Shown: piece by piece, positions 48,477-58,900 of the stretch | Layout of the letters: each line of letters starts with the position of its first letter | How positions within the stretch are numbered: the first letter of the stretch is position 1 | Origin: Bacteroidota bacterium | GTDB taxonomy: Bacteria > Bacteroidota > Bacteroidia > NS11-12g > UBA955 | DNA: 64,000 bases | Reading direction: 5' to 3' | NCBI GenBank assembly: GCA_016787485.1 | Contig: JAEUUL010000022.1 | Span: forward strand, 51,887-115,886 | Made by a program: the position numbers and the translations under genes | The notes under the pieces: model-generated | What the model saw: the letters and a program-made list of their open reading frames with translations, nothing else | What the model was told of the DNA's origin: nothing | Database searches by the model: none

Positions 48477-49058
48477 ATGGACGCTTTTCTCCTTCCCCCC
48501 TGCCTTTTTCCGCCAGTGAGCTGGTATATTTCAGGACTGCAACAAAATCATTTTCGCATTGCAACCAACCTGATTTACAGCAAACGCACCCTGCTGAGTC
48601 GTTACGAAATTGCCGGGGCAAACGGAATGCAGATTTTATCTGTACCAGTAAAGCATACAGACCAGAAACAGGCATTAAAAGAAGTACAAATTGCTTTTGT
48701 TGAACCATGGCTGAAAAATCACAAAACTGCATTGGAAAGTGCTTACAAAAAAAGTCCTTTCTATGAATATTATGATTATAAAATATTGCCCGTATTGCAG
48801 CAGGAAACTGCTTTGCTCCAATTGGCTTTAATGGGGTTAAAAACAGTACACCAATTGCTGTATCTGGAAGATATTCCATTGCAGTTTCACAATTCTGAAA
48901 TTATCAGATACCATGAAGATTTTATACACCCGGTTCCGGAATATCCCCAGGTATTTTCGGACCGAAACGGATTTAAAAACAACATGTCTGTTCTCGATTT
49001 GCTTTTCAATCTGGGACCGGATGCAGGGGATTATTTGCGGGGTGCTATATCAAAATGA
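48477..49058 (+). CDS. WbqC-like family protein
   Basis: LLPPCLFPPVSWY...GANGMQILSVPV pattern typical of WbqC. Confidence 0.65.
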   Translation: MDAFLLPPCLFPPVSWYISGLQQNHFRIATNLIYSKRTLLSRYEIAGANGMQILSVPVKHTDQKQALKEVQIAFVEPWLKNHKTALESAYKKSPFYEYYDYKILPVLQQETALLQLALMGLKTVHQLLYLEDIPLQFHNSEIIRYHEDFIHPVPEYPQVFSDRNGFKNNMSVLDLLFNLGPDAGDYLRGAISK

Positions 49059-50986
49059 TACATACGGTATTCAACAGACTGGTTTTGCACCGAAACCGGC
49101 CTGAATCCCAGTCGGTATATCACTCCTCCACTTGCAAAATATCTTTCGCTTGTATTGTCTGCACTGAATTTAAATGAAACGCCGAATTGCTGTTGAAAAT
49201 TCAGCCGCAAATCAACCACAGCCGAGGTATTATTCTCATCAGCAACCTGCAATCCCAGGCGGAGATAAGAACCGTTTCTGAGTCCCATTCCCGTTCCGAT
49301 TCCCATCTCAGAAAGAAACATTGCTCTGTGAAAACTCAGGTTGCGTTCAAAATCTCCGTTGCTCTGCAAATAATAATAGAACCAGCGGGGGTTCCCGAGC
49401 CTGAAAGAATACAGAGGTACAATTCTGAATGTGGGATACTTCTTGCCTTCTGCTGTATTCTCGTAAATCCGGTGGCTGGGGTGGTACATACCGGATTGAA
49501 ATCCCAACCCGGCACCCAGCCATTTTCCATCATATCGGTACATGCCACTTACCCCACCAATCCAATCTATCCGCGGTGGCACTGAACGGTTTTGCATAAA
49601 TACGTATTTTCCTGCATTGGTATCCCCCTCAAACTCTGTCACTTTTCCGAGGTTGGCACCAAAAATCCACTCCTGTTTCCTGTAATTTCCGTATTGCAAT
49701 ACCCGGCCATAATTGAATGCCCCGGTTTTTATCCTGTTCTGATAAATGGGACCATCTCCCACAGTATGCCATCCGGGGGTGCCGCAGCCACTGCTGTATA
49801 CAGACTTGTGCGCATGGTAATGTTCCAGTGTTTCACTTCCCATGCCGGCACTGAACTGATTGTAAATGTAGCGTCCGGTATCCGGCAATGCCCACAGATT
49901 CGCATGGGGATGTATTTGCGCAATCAATGGAAAACCCTGCTTCAAATACAGTACAAACAATGAGGCCAAAGCTATCCGGTACCAGCGAAATCGCAACTGT
50001 GCAAATGGCAATACTGAAAACAATACGAATGGCAAGGCATTCACCCCAAGTGCATACCAATCTTCTTTATTCCATGCAGATCTGAACAGAAAAACCGCAA
50101 CCGTGCAAAACCCGATAAGCACAATTCTGCGATACCGGGGTACATTTACCGCAGTCAGATCTGTAACTCCGGTTTTTTTCAGGTAAAATACCAGAAAAGT
50201 CAGGGCAAGTATTGCTTCTGCCCATTGAATTTTTTTTAGCCCGACAACTTCTTCACCAAAAGCGGTCTGATTAAAACCCACCCTGACAAAATCCACCAAA
50301 AAATGCAGTACAAAAAACAGGGTCAGTCCCAGAAATACAGGCCTGTGAATTTTTGATCCGTGGCGATACATGAAATGCATAAGGACTGCAATTCCGACAT
50401 ATCCTGCAATCAGCAAAAGTGGTACGGGAACAACGGCAAGTGACCACGTATCCTGCATACTGAGCAATCCAAGGTCAATCTGGCTATGGCCCGCGGGACT
50501 GCATGCAGGATAAATCACCCCCGGCCAACCTGTCTGTGACTGACCAAAACAGCAGCCCACAGCCAGACAACCCAGCCTTTGCACAGCCAGGGCAAGGGGC
50601 ACTGCAACCGCGAGCAAGTCAATTCTGCACCATCGGGCACGATACCACCATGATGCCAGTAAAAAACCCCCTAATCCGAAAAGCAGTCCGCCTGCAACCG
50701 ACCTGCCACTGGTAAAAATTCCATGGTTCAACCAGGTAACCCACCCATCGGCAGAAAGTGTACTGAGCCGGGTGGCGAGCAAAAAGGACAGGAAGGAAAA
50801 CCCCATGATTTCAGACGCTGCCGAAAGGGGCAGACCCTTGCCTGCACAGGTTTGTAAAAAAATCCATGACCGCACTGCAATGGCTGCAACAAATGCCGCC
50901 TGATAGATGAATTCCCCTTGCTCATGGCTGAGACCGATATAAAAACCCCATTGATTCACTGGTTCATGTGTATACGAATGTAACAC
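49031..50986 (-). CDS. Polytopic membrane protein with Lgt-like (prolipoprotein diacylglyceryl transferase-like) N-terminal region plus ~350 aa C-terminal extension
   Basis: VQRLGCLAVGCCFGQ resembles the Lgt G-R-x-G-N-F-x-N-x-E region; the start codon is uncertain. Confidence 0.35.
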   Translation of the reverse strand: MLHSYTHEPVNQWGFYIGLSHEQGEFIYQAAFVAAIAVRSWIFLQTCAGKGLPLSAASEIMGFSFLSFLLATRLSTLSADGWVTWLNHGIFTSGRSVAGGLLFGLGGFLLASWWYRARWCRIDLLAVAVPLALAVQRLGCLAVGCCFGQSQTGWPGVIYPACSPAGHSQIDLGLLSMQDTWSLAVVPVPLLLIAGYVGIAVLMHFMYRHGSKIHRPVFLGLTLFFVLHFLVDFVRVGFNQTAFGEEVVGLKKIQWAEAILALTFLVFYLKKTGVTDLTAVNVPRYRRIVLIGFCTVAVFLFRSAWNKEDWYALGVNALPFVLFSVLPFAQLRFRWYRIALASLFVLYLKQGFPLIAQIHPHANLWALPDTGRYIYNQFSAGMGSETLEHYHAHKSVYSSGCGTPGWHTVGDGPIYQNRIKTGAFNYGRVLQYGNYRKQEWIFGANLGKVTEFEGDTNAGKYVFMQNRSVPPRIDWIGGVSGMYRYDGKWLGAGLGFQSGMYHPSHRIYENTAEGKKYPTFRIVPLYSFRLGNPRWFYYYLQSNGDFERNLSFHRAMFLSEMGIGTGMGLRNGSYLRLGLQVADENNTSAVVDLRLNFQQQFGVSFKFSADNTSERYFASGGVIYRLGFRPVSVQNQSVEYRMYHFDIAPRK

Positions 50987-51063
50987 AATGAATGACGACT
51001 CAAAGTGTTACACCGGAAAAATCCACTGTAACTTCGCAGACAATCAAATCGTAATAGAAAAAC

Positions 51064-51771
51064 ATGTACATCACCCTGGACATAGGTAATACACTGATCA
51101 AATTTGCCACCTTTAGCCATGAAGGTGAAATGCTTGATTGGGGTCAGTTGGACCAGGCATATCATCTGGGCAGAACATTTGAAAGTGCCACTGCTCTTGG
51201 GTTTTGCAATGTGCGCGGACAAAGGGTTCCTGATTTTGGAGGTTTTACGGGTGCCATTATGGAATTGGCCCCCGGCATAAGACTTCCGTTTGAAAATGAC
51301 TACAAGACTCCAAACACGCTGGGAACTGACCGCCTGGCAGCTGCCGCCGGTGCAGTGCACCGGTTTCCCGGAAAAAATGTAATGGTTTTGGATGCAGGAA
51401 CCTGCCTGAAAACAGAAATCATTACTGCCGGCGGCCACTATCTGGGAGGCTCTATTTCCCCGGGAATGATGATGCGTTATGCAGCCCTTCACCACTATAC
51501 AGGCCGGCTTCCGGAGGTAGAACACAAAGATTTCGATGCCCTGATCGGGCAGAGTACAGAAGAGAGCATTCTCTGCGGAGTGCAGGCAGGCATGGTTGCA
51601 GAAGCCACAGGACGCATTGCCCAATTGGAACCGGGATTTGATGATTTGCATGTGGTGATTACCGGTGGCGATGGTCCCATGTTGGCCGGTAAGCTTAAAA
51701 CACGGATATTTGCAGAGCCTTTGCTGCATCATTACGGAATATTCCACTGTCTCAGATTAAATGGATTTTAA
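51064..51771 (+). CDS. coaX: Type III pantothenate kinase
   Basis: MYITLDIGNTLIKFA N-terminal ASKHA motif; 235 aa. Confidence 0.85.
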   Translation: MYITLDIGNTLIKFATFSHEGEMLDWGQLDQAYHLGRTFESATALGFCNVRGQRVPDFGGFTGAIMELAPGIRLPFENDYKTPNTLGTDRLAAAAGAVHRFPGKNVMVLDAGTCLKTEIITAGGHYLGGSISPGMMMRYAALHHYTGRLPEVEHKDFDALIGQSTEESILCGVQAGMVAEATGRIAQLEPGFDDLHVVITGGDGPMLAGKLKTRIFAEPLLHHYGIFHCLRLNGF

Positions 51772-53128
51772 AACTCGACTCCCCTTTTTACTCCTATGGG
51801 TATGCTCCCTGCAGGCAATGGCCCAAAGCGGACAAAATTTCACAGCCTCTCCATACAGCAATTTTGGATTGGGAGAGGTATTAAACAACAACTTCACACA
51901 GGCCGGCTATTCCTCACAGTCTCACAGCGGCGCGTACAGCTACTCACTTCTGAACCCCGCAACCCTGGGCAATCTGCAATATACCACCCTGGACTTTGGA
52001 CTGTCTGCCCGAACCGGCAGTGTGCAAAGCGGCAGCAATGTACAGGGCTTCAGAGGTGGCTCTCTCAATTACCTTGCTATGGGATATAAGAGCTGGCATA
52101 CGGCCCTGAAAATCAGGCCCAAATCCAATGCAGACAGCACAAAAAGAATAAAAAAGTTGCCCCTTGAGTGGAACAGTGCATTTGCATTGTACCCTTCCAC
52201 TTCAGTAGGATATAATTATGTGTTTGAATCCCAGAATCCCATTAAAACACTCACTGCCCACAGCGGAATCGGTGGCATTAATGTGGTGGACTGGGCTCAC
52301 GGATTGCGTATAGGAAATCACGTCAGTTTTGGCTATTCCCTGGGCTATATGTTTGGCCAGCTGACAGACAACAGCATTTTCAGTTTTCCTGATAGCGCAG
52401 AATACAATTTTGTGGGAGACGAAAAACGGGTACTGTTGCGCGGTTACCAGCACAGGGCAGGTGGGTTGTTTCAATTCCGTATGGACAGTACTTACCACAA
52501 ATTGGGCTTCAGTTTCGGGTTTCACAGCGGCATGAAAGGAAATCAATCCAGGTTGACCAGAACCCTGGAATATTCCAGTGGAGGAAGCCTCTACGCCATA
52601 GACACCGTGGTACTTTCCGAAACGGGTTATCAGAAATTCAAAATGCCTTCCAGCCTCGGACTGGGCTACACCTTTCAATGGCGCCGCAAATGGAGTCTGG
52701 GCCTGGACTACCGCTTTACCCGCTGGGGCAACTATTCTGCGTTCTTTTCCCACACAAGTCAAATGGCCAACCGCAGTGACTTTGGATTCACATTCATTCT
52801 CAATCCAGCAGACGAAAAATTGTCCAAGCAAAAACACCAGCCCATTCCCATTCGTTTGGGTGCCCGGTATAGCCAGACGCAGAATGTATTTACCAGTTCG
52901 GGCGTGAAAACAACCATAGAAGAGCAGGGGGCATTCTTTGGATTCGGGCTTCCCCTCACCCGCAGATATTTTGACAACCGTGTTCTCCGCAGCGTAATCA
53001 ATGTGCAGATAGACTATATAACCAGGGGCAAAAACAGCAATGGACTGGCCCGTGAACAATATGTGGGTGCCACAGTCGGGTTAAACCTTGGCGACATTTG
53101 GTTTGTGCGCCGCAAATTCGGAGACTGA
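51761..53128 (+). CDS. Hypothetical outer-membrane beta-barrel protein
   Basis: Signal peptide MDFKTRLPFLLLWVCSLQAMAQ; alternating hydrophobic pattern. Confidence 0.5.
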   Translation: MDFKTRLPFLLLWVCSLQAMAQSGQNFTASPYSNFGLGEVLNNNFTQAGYSSQSHSGAYSYSLLNPATLGNLQYTTLDFGLSARTGSVQSGSNVQGFRGGSLNYLAMGYKSWHTALKIRPKSNADSTKRIKKLPLEWNSAFALYPSTSVGYNYVFESQNPIKTLTAHSGIGGINVVDWAHGLRIGNHVSFGYSLGYMFGQLTDNSIFSFPDSAEYNFVGDEKRVLLRGYQHRAGGLFQFRMDSTYHKLGFSFGFHSGMKGNQSRLTRTLEYSSGGSLYAIDTVVLSETGYQKFKMPSSLGLGYTFQWRRKWSLGLDYRFTRWGNYSAFFSHTSQMANRSDFGFTFILNPADEKLSKQKHQPIPIRLGARYSQTQNVFTSSGVKTTIEEQGAFFGFGLPLTRRYFDNRVLRSVINVQIDYITRGKNSNGLAREQYVGATVGLNLGDIWFVRRKFGD

Positions 53129-53727
53129 TGTGGAAGTTCATTGTATTGCTTACAGGATTTGTATTGCTGACTTCCTGCAACAACCTGAAAACAGACACCT
53201 ACCGAAGCAAACGAAAGGACAGCATTGCCACACGCGAAAATGCCGAGAATGTAACCATTGAGTATACAGATTCGGGCCTGTTGCGGGCCAGAATTCAGAG
53301 CAAGCTGATGGTGGCCGTTAAGCATGTGCGTGAACCTTATATAGAGATGCCCAAAGGCGTGGAAGCTTGCTTTTTCGACCCGGATGGGACTGTGGCCAGC
53401 TACCTTTCTGCCGAGTATGGGATCAGTTATCAGGAAAAGAAAATGGTCCTCCTGCGCCGCAATGTGCAGGTAATGAATGTAAAGGGTGAAAGACTGAATA
53501 CAGAAGAACTGATTTGGGACCAGAATTCAGGACGCATCCGCACCGATAAATTCGTACGCATCAATACCCGCGATCAGATCATCATGGGTGAAGGCATGGA
53601 AAGCAACCAATCCTTTACCGACTGGGAAATTCTGAATGTACGCGGAACCATAAATGTAAACAACCATGATTCAATATCACGTAATGGCGCTGCTCTGCCT
53701 GGTAGCTGCGGGCGTGGCCGGCATTGA
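53128..53727 (+). CDS. LptC-like (OstA-like N-terminal) periplasmic lipoprotein
   Basis: Start MWKFIVLLTGFVLLTSC overlaps the upstream stop (TGATG); LptC-like beta-jellyroll pattern. Confidence 0.45.
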   Translation: MWKFIVLLTGFVLLTSCNNLKTDTYRSKRKDSIATRENAENVTIEYTDSGLLRARIQSKLMVAVKHVREPYIEMPKGVEACFFDPDGTVASYLSAEYGISYQEKKMVLLRRNVQVMNVKGERLNTEELIWDQNSGRIRTDKFVRINTRDQIIMGEGMESNQSFTDWEILNVRGTINVNNHDSISRNGAALPGSCGRGRH

Positions 53728-53863
53728 GGCCCTTTTCCGCTTTACCATGACACCCGAAGGATTCAGCAATCCTCTGGGCTGGCTGATGACAGCGCTTACA
53801 GCAGGTGCATTCCTGCTCTATTTCAGGGTACGTAAACTGCGCAAAAAAGCCGGTGGATTCTGA
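53666..53863 (+). CDS. Possible small two-TM membrane protein (65 aa)
   Basis: Two hydrophobic helices and a basic C-terminus (RVRKLRKKAGGF); it overlaps the 3' end of the LptC-like ORF out of frame. Confidence 0.25.
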   Translation: MIQYHVMALLCLVAAGVAGIEALFRFTMTPEGFSNPLGWLMTALTAGAFLLYFRVRKLRKKAGGF

Positions 53864-53920
53864 ATTCTCCGATATACAGGTTGTATTTTCAACAATTGGT
53901 ATATATTTGCTTAAGTAACA

Positions 53921-55249
53921 ATGGCAGACCCCCTCACGGTATCCGCGCCTCTCACTCACACATTGCTACAGGCAGGTGGCAGCCCTGCTTTTTCCCAAAA
54001 TGCAGTGATTGTCTTTTTTTGCCTTCTGGCCTGTGCCTTCTTCGGCGGCATTGAGATTGCATTTCTTAGCGCCAGCAAACTCCGCATAGAGTTGCGAAGC
54101 AAACAAGGCAACTTTACTGCCAAAATACTCTCCAGATACCTTAAAAACCCCTCTGATTTTATCAGTACCGTGCTTGTGGCTAACAACCTGGCCCTCGTTA
54201 TCTATGGTATTTATATGAATGAAATACTGATGGAAACCGGTCTTGCACAGATGATACAAAGCAAATTGTTGCGGTTTCTGGTGCTCACAGTAATCAGTAC
54301 ACTCATTGTACTTATTACCGCAGAGTTTATCCCCAAATCCCTTTTTCGCATCAATCCGGATTCTCTTCTTTTTGCGCTGGCTATTCCTTTCCGTTTCTTT
54401 CATGTTTTGCTTTGGCCGCTGATTTATCTGGTAAAAAAATCCAGTGCATTCTTATTGCGCATATTTACCCGAACGGTTGTTACTGAAAGTACGCCTGTAT
54501 TCACCAAGGTAGACCTGGACAACTACATCACCTCACTGGAAAATTCCGGGCATCAGGAAAATACTGAAATAGATACGGAAGTATTTCGGAATGCACTGGA
54601 TTTCAGCGATGTAAAAGTGCGTGATTTTATGGTTCCCCGCACAGAACTTGTGGCGCTGGAAATACAGGAAGGAATAGGTGCACTAAGGGATTTATTCATC
54701 AGCAGCAGCCACTCTAAAATTCTTATTTACCGCGATACAATTGACAATATCATCGGATTTGTACACCACAGTGAAATTTACAGCAAACCAGACAGTATTC
54801 AGCAGGTTTTAAAGCCGCTTTTAATCATCAATGAGAGCATGCAGGCACACGATTTATTGCGCGAATTCATTCAGAAACACCGCAGTATCGCAGTGGTGGT
54901 GGATGAGTTCGGAGGCACCGCCGGTATTGCTACCATGGAAGATGTGATCGAAGAAATATTCGGCGAAATTGAAGACGAATACGATACTGAAGCCCTTACA
55001 GAAAAAGTACTTTCAGAAAATCATTATTTATTTTCTGCCCGTCAGGAAATTTATCACCTGAATGAAAATTACTATTTGAACATACCCGAAGGGGATTATC
55101 ACACCCTGGGTGGTTTTGTTATTTCCATCTGTGGCAAAATCCCCCGTCAGCGGGAAATCATCCGTCAGGGCCGCTTTGAGTTTATCATCACCAAAGCCCG
55201 CGGCGCCCGGATAGAGGAAATGGAATTAATTCTGCACGAAGTGGAGTAA
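53921..55249 (+). CDS. CNNM/DUF21 transmembrane domain + CBS pair + CorC_HlyC protein (hemolysin-family; GldE-like)
   Basis: Four-TM DUF21 N-terminal domain, CBS region, C-terminal transporter-associated domain; 442 aa. Confidence 0.8.
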   Translation: MADPLTVSAPLTHTLLQAGGSPAFSQNAVIVFFCLLACAFFGGIEIAFLSASKLRIELRSKQGNFTAKILSRYLKNPSDFISTVLVANNLALVIYGIYMNEILMETGLAQMIQSKLLRFLVLTVISTLIVLITAEFIPKSLFRINPDSLLFALAIPFRFFHVLLWPLIYLVKKSSAFLLRIFTRTVVTESTPVFTKVDLDNYITSLENSGHQENTEIDTEVFRNALDFSDVKVRDFMVPRTELVALEIQEGIGALRDLFISSSHSKILIYRDTIDNIIGFVHHSEIYSKPDSIQQVLKPLLIINESMQAHDLLREFIQKHRSIAVVVDEFGGTAGIATMEDVIEEIFGEIEDEYDTEALTEKVLSENHYLFSARQEIYHLNENYYLNIPEGDYHTLGGFVISICGKIPRQREIIRQGRFEFIITKARGARIEEMELILHEVE

Positions 55250-55251
55250 AT

Positions 55252-55974
55252 ATGCGGAGTGCATTCTGGTTTAACCTGGCTTTTATTGCATTCTCCTTTC
55301 AAAGCACTTCCGCGCAGCAATTGGGGTTGGAAATGACACCAGTAGGAGAGTATTCCCAATGGTTGCTGAAATGCAAACCGAACCAATTCATTAAAGACCA
55401 GACCAAAGTAACAGGTGGCAACTGGGGGTTTTATTTCGGTGGCCGGTATTCTTCGCGGGCCCTGTCTGTGTCGTGGGGAATTAGCCAGCCTTTTATCAGA
55501 AGTGCAGCAACACTGAAAATGCAGTACCCCCGCGTATACAAAGGAGACACAACCTATTCCAAATACTCTGCGTCCTTTAAAATCCCCTCTACCCGTTTCC
55601 GATTTGAATTGGCATATGCCAATCACAACCGGCGCTTTAATCCGGGGATTTTTGCCGGCCTGGAATTCCTGCCGGGTGAATGGATCATGCTCAATGCCGC
55701 AAAAGTTCCTGAATCATTGAAATCCGCCACCAACGTATTAGTAAAGGATCTGAACGAACAAAGATTTCGACTGAACACCGGCATTCTGATAAATCAATTA
55801 TTCTTAAAAACATCACACAAATCCGATCCGGGAATTATCCGGCTTGGATATAGTTTCAGTACCGGTAAGCATGCCTTAATACAATCCGGATATATATATT
55901 TTCACTATACACTTTTGTTAAATATGGGAACCGGATTTTCACAAAAATCTGTTTTAAAGGCTTTTGAAGAATGA
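55252..55974 (+). CDS. Hypothetical outer-membrane protein
   Basis: Signal peptide; its stop overlaps the next gene's start (ATGA). Confidence 0.45.
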   Translation: MRSAFWFNLAFIAFSFQSTSAQQLGLEMTPVGEYSQWLLKCKPNQFIKDQTKVTGGNWGFYFGGRYSSRALSVSWGISQPFIRSAATLKMQYPRVYKGDTTYSKYSASFKIPSTRFRFELAYANHNRRFNPGIFAGLEFLPGEWIMLNAAKVPESLKSATNVLVKDLNEQRFRLNTGILINQLFLKTSHKSDPGIIRLGYSFSTGKHALIQSGYIYFHYTLLLNMGTGFSQKSVLKAFEE

Positions 55975-58900
55975 AATCCCTGATTGCCTGTATTTGTGCT
56001 TTGATTTTTTTACCTCTGGGAGCACAAAAACCCAATACTGTAGTACAGGCAGGCAATGGAAGCAAAATTTCACTGATTGCCGGAAGTTACAACGGACTGA
56101 TGTACGCTGCAGGTGACAAGGAAGGTACGATTGTGGTGTGGGATGCCGTGAATCAGGGGCAGGTGGGCCATTTTCACATTCCTACGGACAGCAGCAGAAG
56201 TTCACGTCCGGGCCTTAATATGCTGATTTCCGGGCCTGATGTAGCGCATGCCGGTTTGGAAGATTTTCAATTTGTGGATGCAAAGGGTTTGAATGAGGTT
56301 GCAGCTATTACCTTTAACCCGTCCAACACTTACCTCGCAGCGTCAGACCAGACGGGTCGTGTATTCTGGTGGGAAATTGAAACACGCAGTTTAAAAGGCT
56401 CTTTGCCTCCTTTTAAGTCAGGAAAATCTTCCCTAAAAGTGCGTAAACTTGCGTATGACAGAAGCGGAAATTATCTGCTTATTCAGGGATCCCAGTTTTA
56501 TATCTACAGTTTATCCGAAAATCGCGTTGTCTATAACAACCCCGACATTGTGGCTTTCGACCGGGACATCGCGGCAGATATACTGTATTTTATTGAAAAG
56601 GGAACCAATAAAAAAGAGCAACCCATCCTGTCTCTGAGCCGTTCAAAAAAAGGCATTGTAGATTTTATGAAAAATTCCAAAACAGAACCCCTGAAAAGCA
56701 AACTGTGCCGCAGCCTGCACGGCAGGCAGGGTTTGATGCCGAAGTTCAAACCTGAAAATCTCAATTTGATTGTCGCAGACAGCCACATGCGGGGTATAAA
56801 ATACGGTCAGACCCTAGCCTGGGAAGAAAATGGCCGCTACCACCTGCGCACCACTGGGGGCTTTGTAAATGATGGTGCGGGGACTTTTGCCATCACCCCA
56901 AGACATGAGGTGGCACTGGCACAGGGAGAGCTCTACCTGTGGAGGGGTAAAGACGCCAAAAACCTGAGTAAAAAATGGAAGAATTTTGTGCGCACCAATG
57001 CCGTTTCCTGTGATGCCTTGCGTGATTTATTGCTTGTCAACAATGGAAATTCGCTGCAGGCCTTAGACCGATATTCCGGACGCACCCTGCAGTTTGGCGG
57101 GGGCGATTTTTCTGTTATTTCCATGGAAAAAGGAGCCGCACAAACCTTGTACAACCGCATGTCCAGCGTATATGACGGATGGGTTTCTGGCATACGTACC
57201 TTCAATTATACCCAGGTGCCCCCGGTCTCAAATTATATTCCGGGTACACACAGATTCTATTCAGCGGTTGCTGAGCAACAAATTGCGCTGACACGACGCA
57301 ACCGGATTCAGCTGCGGGATGCAGATAACCGCATTCTCCATCAGAAGGTGACAGACAATCACACCATGTTTACGCAACCCATAATGTGGTTTGTGCGAGG
57401 CATGTATCTCATGGGAGGAATGTATGTAGTGGCCAGAACCAGTCATTGGTCTGTGGCTGTTGTAAAAAATGCAGCCTACAGCCAGAAACACAATCTCCTT
57501 TTCTATTACACCCAAAAAATACCCTATGGCGGACAAAGAATTGAGGTATTTGATGTAACCCGGAACAAAAAAAGACCGGGCATCAAAGTATATGGAAAAG
57601 ATATCTCAGCCCTGGCCCTGTCTGGCGATGAAGCATACCTGACCAGTGCGGGAAAAAACTGTGTACTGTGCGAAAAAACCAGCATATCTGTGCACCCCAT
57701 AGAAAATATTGGTACCCGGAAAAACAAACCGGTATTACGCATTGCAGACAGTGCCAGCCGCACAGCGGAACATCTCGCCTTGTGCAGGAACTGGCTTGCC
57801 GTGGGAACAAGGGAGGTAAAGGAAGTTTTTGAAACCCGAAAAAACAAAACCATTCTGATTGGTGCCAGGAAAACCCAGTTTATCCGGCTTTTTCAATTTC
57901 CTTCCGGTCAGGTATCAGATACACTCTATGGCACTTCGGGTCCGTTTGCCTTTACCCACAATGGTAAAATGCTTTGCTACGCACGCAAACAATCCCTGGT
58001 GTTATACAATCCTGAAACCCGCACTGAGGAAGTCACCTGGCCTGCCCATACCGCACCGGTGACCTCCGTAGCCTGGGACAGCGCACATGGGCAGATTATT
58101 ACCTCCTCCATGGATGGCAGTATCATTTTTTGGGACGGAGACACGCACAAAAAACTTGCATCCCTGTTTCAGGGCAAAAATGAATTCGTATTGCTCACCC
58201 CCGACGGATATTACACCGCCTCTGCCCGCGGTACTTCTGCCGTAGGCTATGGCCTGGGTACCCGCTTTATTTCATTTGAACAATACGACCTGCAGTATAA
58301 CCGACCTGACATTGTGTATGAAAGGCTTGGGTGGTACGGGCCTGAAGTGACCGGTATCCTGCGCATGGCAAGGGAAAAACGGCTAAAACATTTTGGGTTT
58401 GACAGCAGTCTTTTCAAACCCGACCCTGCCATGTTGCCTGCAATAGAAATTCAGAACAAGTGGCAGATTCCCATGGAAACCACACAACAGGAATTTCTTC
58501 TCAGATTCCGTTCTTCCTCTGGCGCCGATCCGGTAGAAAGGTTGCGACTGGAAATCAATGGTGTTCCCTTATTTGGCTCACACGGATTGCTTTACCCTAA
58601 AAATGGTTTGGACAGTCTCCGGTTCCCTCTGAATGCCGGTGACAATGAAGTCAAATTGTACCTGGTAACCCGGCGCGGATTTGAAAGTATCCGCGAAGTG
58701 CTGCGCATTCGTTATGTACCCGAAAAGAAAGAAATTCCGCAAACCTGGACCATTCATATCGGTGCCGGAAAATTTGCCGACAGCAGCATGAATTTGCGTT
58801 ACGCAGCCAAAGATGCCAGTGATTTGAAGAACTTCTTCCAGACCCGCAAAAATGTACGTTCCCTGCTGCTGACTGATGACCAGGTTACCCGCAAAAACCT

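Noticed and set aside
50956-51747. 263 aa - strand ORF
   Set aside because: It is antisense to coaX, whose N-terminal ASKHA motif and length are canonical.
52202-53059. 285 aa - strand ORF
   Set aside because: It is antisense to the signal-peptide-bearing OMP gene, which sits in an operon-consistent orientation with coaX and the LptC-like gene, and it has no recognisable features.
55252-55974. Possibility that the ORF upstream of the WD40-caspase gene is a bacterial gasdermin (a gasdermin + caspase-like protease system)
   Set aside because: The protein has an N-terminal secretion signal and OMP-like composition, and the protease itself is signal-peptide-bearing. Known bacterial gasdermin modules are cytoplasmic, so I found no support for this.
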